Below, in pieces: positions 11,501 through 20,886 of a stretch of 64,000 nucleotides of DNA (position 1 is the first letter of the stretch; the number at the start of each line of letters is the position of its first letter). Made by a program: the position numbers and the translations under genes. A model generated the notes under the pieces. It was not told the DNA's origin, made no database searches, and was given only the letters and a program-made list of their open reading frames with translations. This DNA comes from Candidatus Thermosaccharophagus tengchongensis (GTDB lineage: Bacteria > Armatimonadota > Fervidibacteria > Fervidibacterales > Thermosaccharophagaceae), in the NCBI GenBank assembly GCA_032161105.1, contig JAVHTD010000006.1, one strand, 5' to 3'.

Positions 11501-12833
11501 CAAGCAAAAGCAGCGTTTGAATCAGCTCCGAGGTTGATGGCATTGAGTAGCCCAAAAGCCTCTCAAACAAGCTCATCTTGCCCTCAACGAATGCGTTTTG
11601 TCGCCTCATCTTGGGCAAGCCATCGGCGCTTATCTCGTAGGAGACAAATGTGGTCCCGCAGGGCGCCTCACTGGTCACATTTGTGAATGCGAGCGCGATG
11701 AGCAAGTCAACCAATGGCACGGTCAATTCGCGATGCCTGAAGACGGACACATTGAAGGTCCGCTCAATACCTCTATCCCTATCGCCAACCGAGATGCGCA
11801 GTTGAAGCATTTTTGAGCGCAACCCGACAACGCCAGCCATCGCAAATGCCCTATCCTGAGTGAATGTGCCAACTGCTTTAATCGGCGAAGCGAGTTTGAT
11901 GGACATGTATTGGCTCGGCAATACACCGTGCACATAGGCAGTTGTAAGGGGCATGCTCGTCTCGCCGGAGAGGAGCAACGGATGCCCGAATGCTATAACG
12001 ATGTCGCCTTTGCGGTATGTGAGCGTCCCTATTGCCGTTATCTCAATGTCCCCACATGTGAGCTGTGCGCCAATTGGCGCACCCGGCTCAAGCATTGCTT
12101 TGAGCGCTGAGGCATTAGCCGGTCTGCCGGGTGAGAGAACAGGGATGAGCGCATACGGCTGAAGGAGTTTTTTCAAGCGCTCAAGCGATGCCTTCGGCAT
12201 ACCGTAAACCATCAAAGGCGTCGCAACCGGAATGAGCAACATTTCGTCTTGGGGAACTTTCGTCCCGTCCACATCCAATGGGCATGTGCTCAGCTTCACC
12301 GAGCTTATGCGTTTGCCTGAGAGAATGATGCTGCCATTCACCGGCTTCAAATTTATGGTCTTTGGCACAGCCGCGGCGGCAGCCATCTTTTGCGGCATGG
12401 TTGATTCAACCATGCTCCTTATCGGCGTCACGCCAGCTATGGGCGCTTTTGAGAAAGGATACGCATATGCAACCGCCCCAACAAGCTTGCCGGCAATGTA
12501 GACCGGAGAGCCGCTCATGCCGGAGACAACACCCCAACCGTTTGAAACGATCGGACCACCATCAATCCGAATGAGTATCAGGTCCATTCCGAAGTCAACT
12601 CCCCTGAGCACGCCTATGACCGTCACTGGGAATGTGCTCACCTTTGTGCCGTTGAATGTGCTCTTGCAATAACCGCGCATGCCCGGGGATATGCGTTCTA
12701 CGGGGATGTATTCATCGGGCGAGAGCAGTTTATGTGCTTCTTCACACAAAGCCATCGGAACGAAAGCTGCGCCGAGGCAAATCGCTAAGATGAGAACGAG
12801 CCGTGTGTGACAAAGGCTTTTGATCTCGCTCAT
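8553..12833 (-). CDS. Secreted SpoIVB-type (S55) serine peptidase fused to beta-propeller and Ig/FN3-like domains
   Basis: Probable start ATG 12833 (SD GGGGAGG); signal peptide; SGMSGSP; AFGHP; repeated 'G.iya.T.p.G..y' blades; TRSGN..PDETWSDW; WDTT..PDG.Y..K..ASD. Confidence 0.8.
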   Translation of the reverse strand: MSEIKSLCHTRLVLILAICLGAAFVPMALCEEAHKLLSPDEYIPVERISPGMRGYCKSTFNGTKVSTFPVTVIGVLRGVDFGMDLILIRIDGGPIVSNGWGVVSGMSGSPVYIAGKLVGAVAYAYPFSKAPIAGVTPIRSMVESTMPQKMAAAAAVPKTINLKPVNGSIILSGKRISSVKLSTCPLDVDGTKVPQDEMLLIPVATPLMVYGMPKASLERLKKLLQPYALIPVLSPGRPANASALKAMLEPGAPIGAQLTCGDIEITAIGTLTYRKGDIVIAFGHPLLLSGETSMPLTTAYVHGVLPSQYMSIKLASPIKAVGTFTQDRAFAMAGVVGLRSKMLQLRISVGDRDRGIERTFNVSVFRHRELTVPLVDLLIALAFTNVTSEAPCGTTFVSYEISADGLPKMRRQNAFVEGKMSLFERLLGYSMPSTSELIQTLLLLEENRFERANVKSVIVRLENTSRVREAFIERVLCDKRVARPGEELKLTIHMRHAQSGWEQKEVKVRLPDVKHACTVRIGVCGGADAQRLRNRLGILQRRPNSLAQLIEELVSRERNDQLFVCLQLPNMDACVNGTVANNMPFNILEVMSAAGDDMLRVGYGELSEHVDVGCVVRGMKVLSIKIEPDYPKEVPQPSPELERARVRQVEGGLELIEQVGRLFGMWGDGEASSSGMPFELLRMRKPSRLSLQDEGDGEQTSEPEADESEQGAAKGAQGEGAQGRRDDGTFQRLPKDALKARRIEIKSQKDLMRGRCDGAFVASDGSVRIGLKAVDIADLGDGGIWQAAVSEGGTLYVCSWQSGAVYAISNGSAKRVCSLCKDGNLNCIPTALLPLVDELLIGTSPNGEIYSVKVTDGDMALPKVWLKLNCKHIWKMHSLPSGDVLIATGLPGRVFRVAKDGRLKPLTEALDEHVMALVVCGDGSIYAGTYPMGRLWRISPDGSYRLVWETKRGAISALCASSDGRVYIGTTPHGEVFRLSDDGESKLLYDTPSRHIADIILSSDGALIVSGIMPHAIYLIDADGVYGQALKLSNEFVTRLVKGANGLIGVMSISGRIVELAKASIGEYTSPVFMLPCVADWRLLKCTADIAGNAEVTVETRSGNSEAPDETWSDWENADLSGDGFVIRSPSARALQWRIRIKCDGNATNNPPRLYGAMVSFTPVNVAPTVQFVAPSPGAVLSKTVTVEWKAYDANQDELEFELYCSNDGGKTWRRIKEVKPKEEKKPDGKGANETATQKDKGQPAPQKGETGITVETPPMPEISEELVEQVTSEGAAPEQSWQQEKFEWDTTQFPDGKYILKIVASDALSNPLNPILTETISPSFIVDNTPPIAISPKPEGSTVAVSLLHRIFVRDETTWVARAEFKLGDRWYPLMSADGSFDSRDEELIVPVDRLPSGEGVLEVRVFDAAGNSAVFRYPYVKGEK

Positions 12834-13095
12834 GCAACGATGCCTCCCCGCTTGAGCAAATAAAGCCGAAGGGCGAAATTGAAGACGGAATTGGCGAATG
12901 ATGTGCCTTAAACATGACCATGACTGCGCAAAGGTATGTCCACCTTCGCTCTTTCTTGCTATCATTGTAGCTCAAAAGTAAGCTACCAAGCCGTGTCGGA
13001 TGGCAACATCTATATGGGTGGATGTGAGTTGGTCCAACTTTGCGGGCAGCATAACAGCTGCCCTGCGTTCGGCCACATAACTCAACATTAAGGAC

Positions 13096-13737
13096 ATGGG
13101 GGTTGCTTCAACGATGTATTGCATGGCTTTAACAGCATGTTGCTTCTGTCTCTTCGGCTCAAAGGCGCCACATCGTGAGCGAGAGGATTTGGGCAAGGGC
13201 GAAAAGAAGCTGCCCGTCGTTTGCATCCCAATAGGTGTTGATGAATCAATTGTTAGGGTGGCTTTGGGTGAAGTTGAAATAAGCCTCCCCGAAACAAGAT
13301 GCGTTATAGGGAGCTTGGAATGCCAGATAGACCTCTCAAAGGCATTTGTCAAGCGGCGAAATCAGTATCTCGCCGATGCCATACTTGACAGCATTCCGCT
13401 TCCGGAGGACGAAAGCCGCGTCGTCGGAATTGTTGATGTGGACATCTATACCAGCACATTGAACTTCGTCTTTGGCATAGCCGAGTTGCCGGGGAGGAGG
13501 GCACTCATCTCTACATACAGGTTGAGGATGGGCGATGTGTCAAACGAGCTTTTGATTGAACGCTTAGCTAAGGAAATAGTCCATGAGCTTGGGCACACAT
13601 TCGGATTGCGACACTGCAGTGACAAAAGATGCGTCATGCATTTCAGCAATTCAATTGCGGATACGGATTACAAGTCGGTAAGGCTTTGCGAAAGGTGCTT
13701 TGAAGCCTATCGCAAGGCTAAGTTGTGGTTCTTCTGA
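13096..13737 (+). CDS. Archaemetzincin (M54) zinc metalloprotease
   Basis: LNFVFG, HELGHTFGLRHC...CVM.FSNS..DTD.K...C..C. Confidence 0.9.
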   Translation: MGVASTMYCMALTACCFCLFGSKAPHREREDLGKGEKKLPVVCIPIGVDESIVRVALGEVEISLPETRCVIGSLECQIDLSKAFVKRRNQYLADAILDSIPLPEDESRVVGIVDVDIYTSTLNFVFGIAELPGRRALISTYRLRMGDVSNELLIERLAKEIVHELGHTFGLRHCSDKRCVMHFSNSIADTDYKSVRLCERCFEAYRKAKLWFF

Positions 13738-13758
13738 TGCCATCGCTGTTTCAATGTT

Positions 13759-14724
13759 TCAATGTGTGGGCTCCGTTGGGATGCCAAGATAAGCCTTAAC
13801 AACGATCTCAACACTCTTTGGGTCAATGAACCTGCCCGCCAGCGGCTCCGCATCCAACCTAATCACGGTGCTTTTTTCTCCGACCTTCACTATGTGCTTA
13901 TAGCTGCCGTTAACGAGTGCGCATGGACCGCGAATGCGCCCTTCCTTGAGCGCCCTTGTCGCCTCATCGCTCATCATGTCAACCACTCTGACAGAGAGCT
14001 TTTCACCATATTGCTCCTTTAGCCTTTCAACTTGCTTGATGGCTTCCGGGAAGTTTATTGCTCCCGGAGTATCCTTTGGCGGCATGTAAAACACAACTTC
14101 AACTTTGCCGCCCGGCTTTGCCACAGGGATGGCTTCGTGTTCCACCTCTTCAGCTTTCGGCGCAAAAATCTTTCTGACAAACTCATTAGCCTCCTGCACC
14201 GTCATCTTAGCCCACTTCTGCTTAAGCTGTTCGGCAACCTCGCCATTCATCCCGCTCCCATATGCTGCCTTGAGCGCCTCATCAATCTTTCCAATCAACC
14301 CACCGACATCAACCTGCGGACCTGACAAGACAACCTCGCCGTTCACGAGTATTGAAGCACAGTGCACACCGCGCTTTTCCATAGCCTTTGAACCCTCGGG
14401 GGAATGCATGTTGTAAATTCCGAGCCGTATGCGCTTCCCCTCAACCTTCGCCACCTCGGTTAACAGCCCAATGTTAATTGCGTGACACTCCACATCAAAT
14501 GGGAGGAAGGCTTCAATGCTCACTTTTGCGTTCGTTGGACCGACAACATATTGCGCTGGGATGTCCATTCGTGAAACGGGTTGTTGCACAGTCTTTGGCG
14601 GGGCACTCCTTAGGGCTTGCTCAACGCGCTGCATGTAAACCGAGGAGAAAAGCACGGCTATGACAAACCCCGCTACAAAGATGCATGCGAGTATTTCCGT
14701 CGGACGAATCTTCCTAATGACCAC
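13759..14724 (-). CDS. Membrane-anchored hypothetical protein with two thioredoxin-like repeats
   Basis: N-terminal TM; two similar halves ending CASILVNG and PCALVNG. Confidence 0.55.
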   Translation of the reverse strand: MVIRKIRPTEILACIFVAGFVIAVLFSSVYMQRVEQALRSAPPKTVQQPVSRMDIPAQYVVGPTNAKVSIEAFLPFDVECHAINIGLLTEVAKVEGKRIRLGIYNMHSPEGSKAMEKRGVHCASILVNGEVVLSGPQVDVGGLIGKIDEALKAAYGSGMNGEVAEQLKQKWAKMTVQEANEFVRKIFAPKAEEVEHEAIPVAKPGGKVEVVFYMPPKDTPGAINFPEAIKQVERLKEQYGEKLSVRVVDMMSDEATRALKEGRIRGPCALVNGSYKHIVKVGEKSTVIRLDAEPLAGRFIDPKSVEIVVKAYLGIPTEPTH

Positions 14725-14739
14725 AAAACATCACCGCCC

Positions 14740-15222
14740 TCAAAGTTCGTGGACGCTCACATCAAGCCTTTCCAAATCAAGCAAAGCCGCAGTTGAACGC
14801 CCTGTGAGCCACCCACAAGCCTCCCCCGGATTGACGACAAGGCATTGATTTCGCTCAACGGAGACTTTATGGGTGTGCCCATAAACGATGACATCAAACA
14901 TGCGACTCCTCTTCATCGCCTCAAGCGGTTCTGGTTCGTGCATGACAGCGATGCGCTTGCCCTCAACCTCAAGTGTAGCCATCCTTGCATGCAGTTCTCC
15001 AAAGCCCTCCATCGCTTTGAGCAAGCCAATTCGCTCACCATCGTTATTCCCAAACACAGCCACAAGCCTGCAACTGAGCCGTGAAAACGGCTTCACCGAG
15101 AACGGTGCCACAAAGTCACCAGCGTGAATGACCAGTTCAACACCGTGAGATTCAAACAGCTTGATTGCCGCCTCTATCTTGGGCATGTTATCGTGTGTAT
15201 CAGCGATCAAGCCTATCTTCAT
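14740..15222 (-). CDS. Metallophosphoesterase, YfcE/MJ0936 family
   Basis: ADTHDN, HAGD, GNNDG, YGHTH, NPGE. Confidence 0.92.
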   Translation of the reverse strand: MKIGLIADTHDNMPKIEAAIKLFESHGVELVIHAGDFVAPFSVKPFSRLSCRLVAVFGNNDGERIGLLKAMEGFGELHARMATLEVEGKRIAVMHEPEPLEAMKRSRMFDVIVYGHTHKVSVERNQCLVVNPGEACGWLTGRSTAALLDLERLDVSVHEL

Positions 15223-15373
15223 GACTCATCCCTCCAACGCACAGCTCACTACTAACATTGTAGTCACTCAACCGATTAGCCACCCGCAAAACGCCGTGTG
15301 GAGTGACTTGAGGTTTTGGTCCTGCAGCAGCATGGTATAAACATCATGGCACTGCCATGTGTCCAAAGAAGTT

Positions 15374-15437
15374 GGCGGCATCCTTGATGCCACCGTTTAC
15401 CAACCCCACAACCACCGCAGCCCCCAAGGATGCCGCC
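15374..15437. repeat. 13-bp perfect inverted repeat (REP-like or terminator) downstream of icd
   Basis: GGCGGCATCCTTG 15374-15386 and CAAGGATGCCGCC 15425-15437. Confidence 0.6.
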
Positions 15438-15453
15438 CGTGTCTCTTCCGACC

Positions 15454-16728
15454 TCAAGCAGCTCCGGTTGAGCAGCGCCGTGATTGAATACACTCAACGA
15501 GCTCCGCTGCAAATTCGGAGCAAGTCAACACTTGCACATCACCGTCAATGTGCCTCGCTAAGTCCTGCGTCACCTTCCGTGATTTGATTGTGAAGCTGAG
15601 CGCATCGTAAATCAAGTCGGCTGCCTCACCCCATCCGATGTAGCGCAACATCATTGCCCCGCAGAGGATCATTGAGCTCGGATTGGCTATATCCTTTCCC
15701 GCATATTTTGGTGCGCTCCCATGAGTCGGCTCAAACAGCGCATGGTAATCGCCCAAGTTCGCCCCAGGAGCAATGCCAATGCCGCCAACCTGTGCTGCAC
15801 ATGCATCGCTCAGGTAATCTCCATTCAGGTTTGGAAGCACTATGACATCGTAATCTTCGGGACGCGTGAGCACCTGCTGGAACATGTTATCGGCAAGCAC
15901 ATCTTTGATTATGAGCTTCCCAGTGATGTTTTGCTCGGGAGCTCTTGAGACATCGCGCTGCGTTACGACATGCTCACCAAACTCGTCCAGAGCAACCTCA
16001 TAAGCCCATTGCGCAAATGCCCCTTCGGTGAACTTCATGATGTTTCCCTTGTGGACTATGGTGATGCTCCTTCTCCCGTTCTCAAGCGCATACTTGATTG
16101 CCTTTCGCATCAGCCTTTTCGTTGCGCGCTCACTTATCGGCTTAATTCCGATGCCAGCATCCTCGGGCAGGATTATACCGAACTCCTCCCTCAAGAACTG
16201 AATGACACGCCTTGCACCATCGCTGCCCATCTCCCACTCAATTCCCGCATACACATCCTCTGTGGCTTCACGGAATATGACCACATCAAGCCTCTCTGGA
16301 TGTTTGACCGGTGATGGGACGCCTTCAATCCACTTGATCGGGCGAACGCAGGCATACAGATCAAGTTCCTGCCTCAAAGTCACATTGAGGGAACGATGCC
16401 CACCAAATGGCGGCGTCGTTAACGGACCCTTTATTGCCACGATGAACTGCTCAATCGCCCTTAGCGTATCCTGAGGGAGTAACTCACCGTAGAGGTTGAG
16501 CGCCTTCTCGCCAGCGAAAACTTCGCACCATGCGATTCTCCTCTCGCCATCGTAGGCAACTTTAACTGCGGCATCAATCACAAGGCGTGCAGCACGCCAC
16601 ACATCCGAACCGATGCCATCGCCCTCAATGAATGGGATTATAGGTATATCAGGGACGCACAGCTTCCCATCAACAACTTTTATTGCCTCACCCTCATCGG
16701 GCAACCTGATCTTTTGAAAGCCGTGCAC
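15454..16728 (-). CDS. icd: Isocitrate dehydrogenase, probably NADP-dependent
   Basis: [44 protein letters not shown]. Confidence 0.95.
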   Translation of the reverse strand: MHGFQKIRLPDEGEAIKVVDGKLCVPDIPIIPFIEGDGIGSDVWRAARLVIDAAVKVAYDGERRIAWCEVFAGEKALNLYGELLPQDTLRAIEQFIVAIKGPLTTPPFGGHRSLNVTLRQELDLYACVRPIKWIEGVPSPVKHPERLDVVIFREATEDVYAGIEWEMGSDGARRVIQFLREEFGIILPEDAGIGIKPISERATKRLMRKAIKYALENGRRSITIVHKGNIMKFTEGAFAQWAYEVALDEFGEHVVTQRDVSRAPEQNITGKLIIKDVLADNMFQQVLTRPEDYDVIVLPNLNGDYLSDACAAQVGGIGIAPGANLGDYHALFEPTHGSAPKYAGKDIANPSSMILCGAMMLRYIGWGEAADLIYDALSFTIKSRKVTQDLARHIDGDVQVLTCSEFAAELVECIQSRRCSTGAA

Positions 16729-16864
16729 CCCTCACACCACCCTTTGAACCCATCACATCATCAGGGCTTACTCAAGCGGCATTTTAGGGCGCAATGCAAA
16801 GCGCAAATTTATTGGCAGCTTATCAGCTGCCAACTGCATTTTGTCTGCTCACCATAAAATGTTT

Positions 16865-16939
16865 TGGAGCTGGCGGCGGGATTTGAACCCGCGACCTGGG
16901 GATTACAAATCCCCCGCTCTGCCGCTGAGCTACACCAGC
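16865..16939 (-). tRNA. tRNA-Thr (UGU), CCA encoded
   Basis: Reverse complement GCTGGTGTAGCTCAGCGGCAGAGCGGGGGATTTGTAATCCCCAGGTCGCGGGTTCAAATCCCGCCGCCAGCTCCA folds into a cloverleaf with anticodon TGT. Confidence 0.97.
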
Positions 16940-17020
16940 TCCGCTTCGCATTTTCATTATGCCAACATGAAGCAATCGCGTATGCAGCACATCAACGCGA
17001 GGAAGGAATTGCTACGGGCA

Positions 17021-17914
17021 TTATGAAAGGTAGCGCACAAGCTGATGAACTGCGCTCAAGCTCCCGAGCAATCCGAATGCGAGCCCGACAATTGTCATGC
17101 TGGCAAAGAAATACCAGTTCGGGACAGCCACATGGAACAGCATCAGCAGCACCTTATTCGTCTCAACGAGCCTAAGAAGAGAGGCATGCGCTGCATAAAC
17201 CATCAAAGACGCAACCGCGCCACCAACCAACCCGTAAATCAATCCCTCAAGCATAAGCGGCGCCCTTATGAACCAAATCGTAGCCCCGACAAGCTGCATG
17301 ATTCTTATGGCTTCCCTGCGCGCATAAATTGTCAACCTGATTGCGTTGGCGATTAGCGTCAATGTGGCGAAAGCAGTGACGATGACCAGAGCAAGCCCGC
17401 ACAGCCTGACGAGCCTCATGATGTGCGATAGCTGTTTCACCACATCAGCCATACACACCACACTTTCAACCTCAGGGAGGCGCTCAAGCCTCTTTGCGCA
17501 CTCAATTGCGTCCTCAAAGTTTACGGCGACCACATCAAGCCTGTGCGGCAATGGGTTACCGCCAGCCAAGCTGCGCAACGAAACATGATTCCCCATGGAG
17601 GCTTCCATCTCCCTCAAGCCCTCATCCTTGTGAACGAACTTGACGCTTTTGACGAGCACCCAACGCTGAATCCTCCTTTGCAATTCCCTTGCCTGCTGCT
17701 CCGTCACGCCGCTATGGAGATAAACACGCATGCAATTGACCTTTTCAGACTCACGAAGCACAGCTGAGCGCACATAAAGCACGATGAGGACGAGGAGACC
17801 AAAAACGGCTACGGACAATGCGGCACTCACTGTCGCAGCCATGCTCATCAGCCAGTGCCTTCGCATGCTCGTAAGCGCTTCAGAGATGCAATGCTCAACG
17901 AACCGTAATAGCAC
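17021..17914 (-). CDS. ftsX: Cell division permease FtsX
   Basis: Four TM segments, GNPLP, IRLTIYARR..I.IMQLVGAT.WFIR.P..LEG; follows ftsE; probable GTG start 17914. Confidence 0.92.
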   Translation of the reverse strand: MLLRFVEHCISEALTSMRRHWLMSMAATVSAALSVAVFGLLVLIVLYVRSAVLRESEKVNCMRVYLHSGVTEQQARELQRRIQRWVLVKSVKFVHKDEGLREMEASMGNHVSLRSLAGGNPLPHRLDVVAVNFEDAIECAKRLERLPEVESVVCMADVVKQLSHIMRLVRLCGLALVIVTAFATLTLIANAIRLTIYARREAIRIMQLVGATIWFIRAPLMLEGLIYGLVGGAVASLMVYAAHASLLRLVETNKVLLMLFHVAVPNWYFFASMTIVGLAFGLLGSLSAVHQLVRYLS

Positions 17915-18590
17915 CGCGATACACCCCTTCCGGCTCGTCCCTGACGATGCTTCCGCCACGCAGTTCAATGACTCGCTTCTTCAGGTAGTCAACGATGTAT
18001 TTGTCGTGCGTCGCCACAACTACAGTTGTGCCACGCTGGTTCACACGGTCAAGTAGCGAGGCTATCTCTATGGATGAGTCTGGGTCAAGGTTGCCAGTTG
18101 GCTCATCGGCAAGCAATATCAGCGGGTTGTTCACGATTGCTCTCGCCATGCACACCTTTTGCTGCTCACCGCCGGATAGCTGCCTCGGATATGCATCCCA
18201 CTTCTCTATCAACCCGACGAGCTGCAGCGCACTGCACACCGCATCACGAAGCTCAGACCGAGGCGCTCCAATGACCTTTAACGCGAATGCCACATTCTCC
18301 CAGACTGTCTTGTCCTGAAGGAGGAGGAAGTCCTGAAACACAACTCCAATTGAGCGGCGAAGGAATGGGACCTGTGAAGGGCGCAATGATGCGACATTGA
18401 TCCCGTTAACGATGACCTTGCCCTGCGTTGGAATGAGCTCTCGGTTGATGAGCTTCAATATTGTTGACTTGCCAGAGCCAGTCGGTCCAACGATGAAGAC
18501 AAATTCGCCCTTGTTTATCGTGCATGAAACATTGTTCAAAGCAACGATGCCGCCCTTGAACTTCACGGTCACATTGTGCAACTGTATCAT
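17895..18590 (-). CDS. ftsE: Cell division ATP-binding protein FtsE
   Basis: GPTGSGKST, LRRSIGVVFQDF, LSGGEQQ, ADEPTGNLDP. Confidence 0.95.
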   Translation of the reverse strand: MIQLHNVTVKFKGGIVALNNVSCTINKGEFVFIVGPTGSGKSTILKLINRELIPTQGKVIVNGINVASLRPSQVPFLRRSIGVVFQDFLLLQDKTVWENVAFALKVIGAPRSELRDAVCSALQLVGLIEKWDAYPRQLSGGEQQKVCMARAIVNNPLILLADEPTGNLDPDSSIEIASLLDRVNQRGTTVVVATHDKYIVDYLKKRVIELRGGSIVRDEPEGVYRGAITVR

Positions 18591-18624
18591 GAAACCTCAC
18601 TCACCTTCATTTCGGAGTCGTGTC

Positions 18625-19713
18625 TCACTCAACCGCCTCAGGGTAAGAGCCGAGCACCTTTAGGAATAGGCACTCCCTTCTCATCTCCTCAAGCGCTTTC
18701 TTAACGGGCTCATCTTCAATGTGCCCTTGGAAGTCAACGAAGAAAAGATACTCCCACGGAGTGTGCCTTGCCGGTCTTGATGCTATCATGGTCATGTTTA
18801 TGTTGAAGCGCTGCAAAGCTCCGAGAGCCCTGTAAAGCGCACCCGGACGATGCGCCACCGAGAACAGAATTGATGTTTTGTCCTGACCAGTTGGAGGTGG
18901 TATTTCATCCCCGATGATGAGGAAGCGAGTTTTATTCCCGGGCATGTCCTCAATGTTTGATGCAAGCACGCTAAGTCCATAATGCTCCGCAGCCAGTCTG
19001 TGCCCAATAGCTGCTGCGTTTGGTTCACTTGCAGCTCTCATTGCGCCCTCCGCTGTGCTGCTAACTGGGCATAGCCTTGCGTTTGGCAAATGAGTTGAGA
19101 GCCAACCCTTGCATTGAGCCAGCGCACTGTCTCGGGAATAAACCACCTTGATCTCGTCAAGCGAACATTTAGCCATTAAGCAGTGGTGAATTGGCAGGAG
19201 CGTCTCCGCGCATATCTTTGAGTTTGAGCGTATGAACATATCAAGCGTATCATTGACTTCACCCTCAGCCGTGTTCTCAACTGGCACGACGCCGTAATCG
19301 GCATTGCCGCGCTCAACCTCAAAGAACACATCCTGAATTGTCGGCACAGGGTATAACTCCACACCGTGACCGAAGTATTGCCTGCTCGCCAAATCCGTGT
19401 ATGAGAATTCAGGTCCGAGGTAGACGACCTTTATAAGCCCTTCAAGCCTCCTGCAAGCGCTCAATATCTCTCGGTAGATGACTTTCAAGGAGTCTACAGG
19501 CAGAGGACCATGGCTCAGTTTCAAAAGCCTATTAAGTATTTGAGCCTCCCTTGATGGCGAGTGCGGTGAGAGATTCAGCATGCGTTTAAGCGCGCCAACT
19601 GACATGGCAACCTCGGCACGCCTATTCAGCAGGTTCAGTATCTCTTCATCAATCCTGTCTATCTCTCGGCGCAACTCCTCAAGTCGGCTTTGCCAATCAT
19701 CATTGCACTCCAT
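18625..19713 (-). CDS. pheA: Chorismate mutase / prephenate dehydratase (P-protein)
   Basis: LRREIDRIDEEIL, YLGP, VPVEN, NKTRF, ACT domain SRP...WEY.FFVD. Confidence 0.95.
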   Translation of the reverse strand: MECNDDWQSRLEELRREIDRIDEEILNLLNRRAEVAMSVGALKRMLNLSPHSPSREAQILNRLLKLSHGPLPVDSLKVIYREILSACRRLEGLIKVVYLGPEFSYTDLASRQYFGHGVELYPVPTIQDVFFEVERGNADYGVVPVENTAEGEVNDTLDMFIRSNSKICAETLLPIHHCLMAKCSLDEIKVVYSRDSALAQCKGWLSTHLPNARLCPVSSTAEGAMRAASEPNAAAIGHRLAAEHYGLSVLASNIEDMPGNKTRFLIIGDEIPPPTGQDKTSILFSVAHRPGALYRALGALQRFNINMTMIASRPARHTPWEYLFFVDFQGHIEDEPVKKALEEMRRECLFLKVLGSYPEAVE

Positions 19714-20076
19714 TTGCTTTAGTCACCCCGCCCAATGCGTTAGAATAGCCGTTGAGAGTGACTCAGACAACGCCTGTTGTTGCTTTGGTGAGGCATTGGG
19801 AATAAACATCAAAACATCATGATAGCATTTGTATCGGCATTTGACACTCTCAGCAATTACTCCGCACTTGCATGGAATGAGGAACTTGCCCGAATGCTGC
19901 TCCCAAACACAACTTTGCCGATGACCAAGATGATGTGCATTGTGCACGAGGTGAATCTTTGGGCAAAGTGACGCAGGCAACAAAGCGCCAGCAAACTTTG
20001 TGGTGAAGGGCGCAGGCGACCATCTAAGGGGCACAAAAGCGATGACCTTTCTTTTGCTTGCGGGCGGTGATGAGGG

Positions 20077-20886
20077 ATGAGCAAAGCAGGGGTAATTGCG
20101 ATGAGCGAGGCTGGTGAGAACCTTTGGGTTAAGTGTGAGAGGTGCAGCGCCCTAACATATCGCAAAGAATACGAGCGCGAGCTGAAAGTGTGCCCGCAGT
20201 GCGGATACCACGAGCGCCTCAGCGCATGGGAGCGTTTGAAGATAACCGTTGACGAAGGAACATTTGAGGAATGGGACGAAAACCTATCACCAGCAGATCC
20301 GCTGAACTTTCCCGAATACAAGGAGAAGCTCCTAAAAAGCCAGATGGCAACAAACTTGAAGGATGCCGCCCTGACAGGCATGGCTAAAATTGAGGGTATA
20401 CCTGTGGCGATAGGCATAACCGACTTCAAATTTATGGGTGGGAGCATGGGCAGCGTCCTCGGGGAAAAGATAACAAGGCTCTTTGAGAGGGCTATAGAAC
20501 TTCACTTGCCGGTGTTCGTCATTTCCGGCTCAGGCGGTGGCGCGAGGATGCAAGAGGGTTTGCTGTCACTGATGCAGATGCCGAAGACATGTGCAGCTTG
20601 TGCAAGGCTTCATCAAGCACGACTGCCCTACATAATTCTGCTCACGGACTCAATGGCTGGCGTTCAAGCGAGCTTTGGCGCACTCGCCGATGTCATCCTC
20701 GCCGAACCTGGTGCGATGGTTGGCTTTACCGGCCCAAGGGTGATTGAGCTGTCGTTGAAGATCAAAGTCCCGATTGAGCATCGCATGGCTGAGTTTCAGT
20801 TTGAACATGGCATGATAGATTTGATCGTCCCAAGGAAGCTTGTTCGTCCAACTGTGGCAAAGCTGCTCCAATGGATGTGCAAATGA
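20077..20886 (+). CDS. accD: Acetyl-CoA carboxylase carboxyltransferase beta subunit
   Basis: Zn finger C..C...C..C, FMGGSMG, GGARMQEG, GFTGPRVIE. Confidence 0.93.
   Translation: MSKAGVIAMSEAGENLWVKCERCSALTYRKEYERELKVCPQCGYHERLSAWERLKITVDEGTFEEWDENLSPADPLNFPEYKEKLLKSQMATNLKDAALTGMAKIEGIPVAIGITDFKFMGGSMGSVLGEKITRLFERAIELHLPVFVISGSGGGARMQEGLLSLMQMPKTCAACARLHQARLPYIILLTDSMAGVQASFGALADVILAEPGAMVGFTGPRVIELSLKIKVPIEHRMAEFQFEHGMIDLIVPRKLVRPTVAKLLQWMCK

Noticed and set aside
16865..16939. tRNA as an integration site
   Set aside because: Flanked by housekeeping genes icd and ftsX; no duplicated 3' end or integrase seen
19714..20076. Riboswitch, T-box or attenuator upstream of pheA
   Set aside because: No T-box consensus, Phe-rich leader peptide or convincing terminator found
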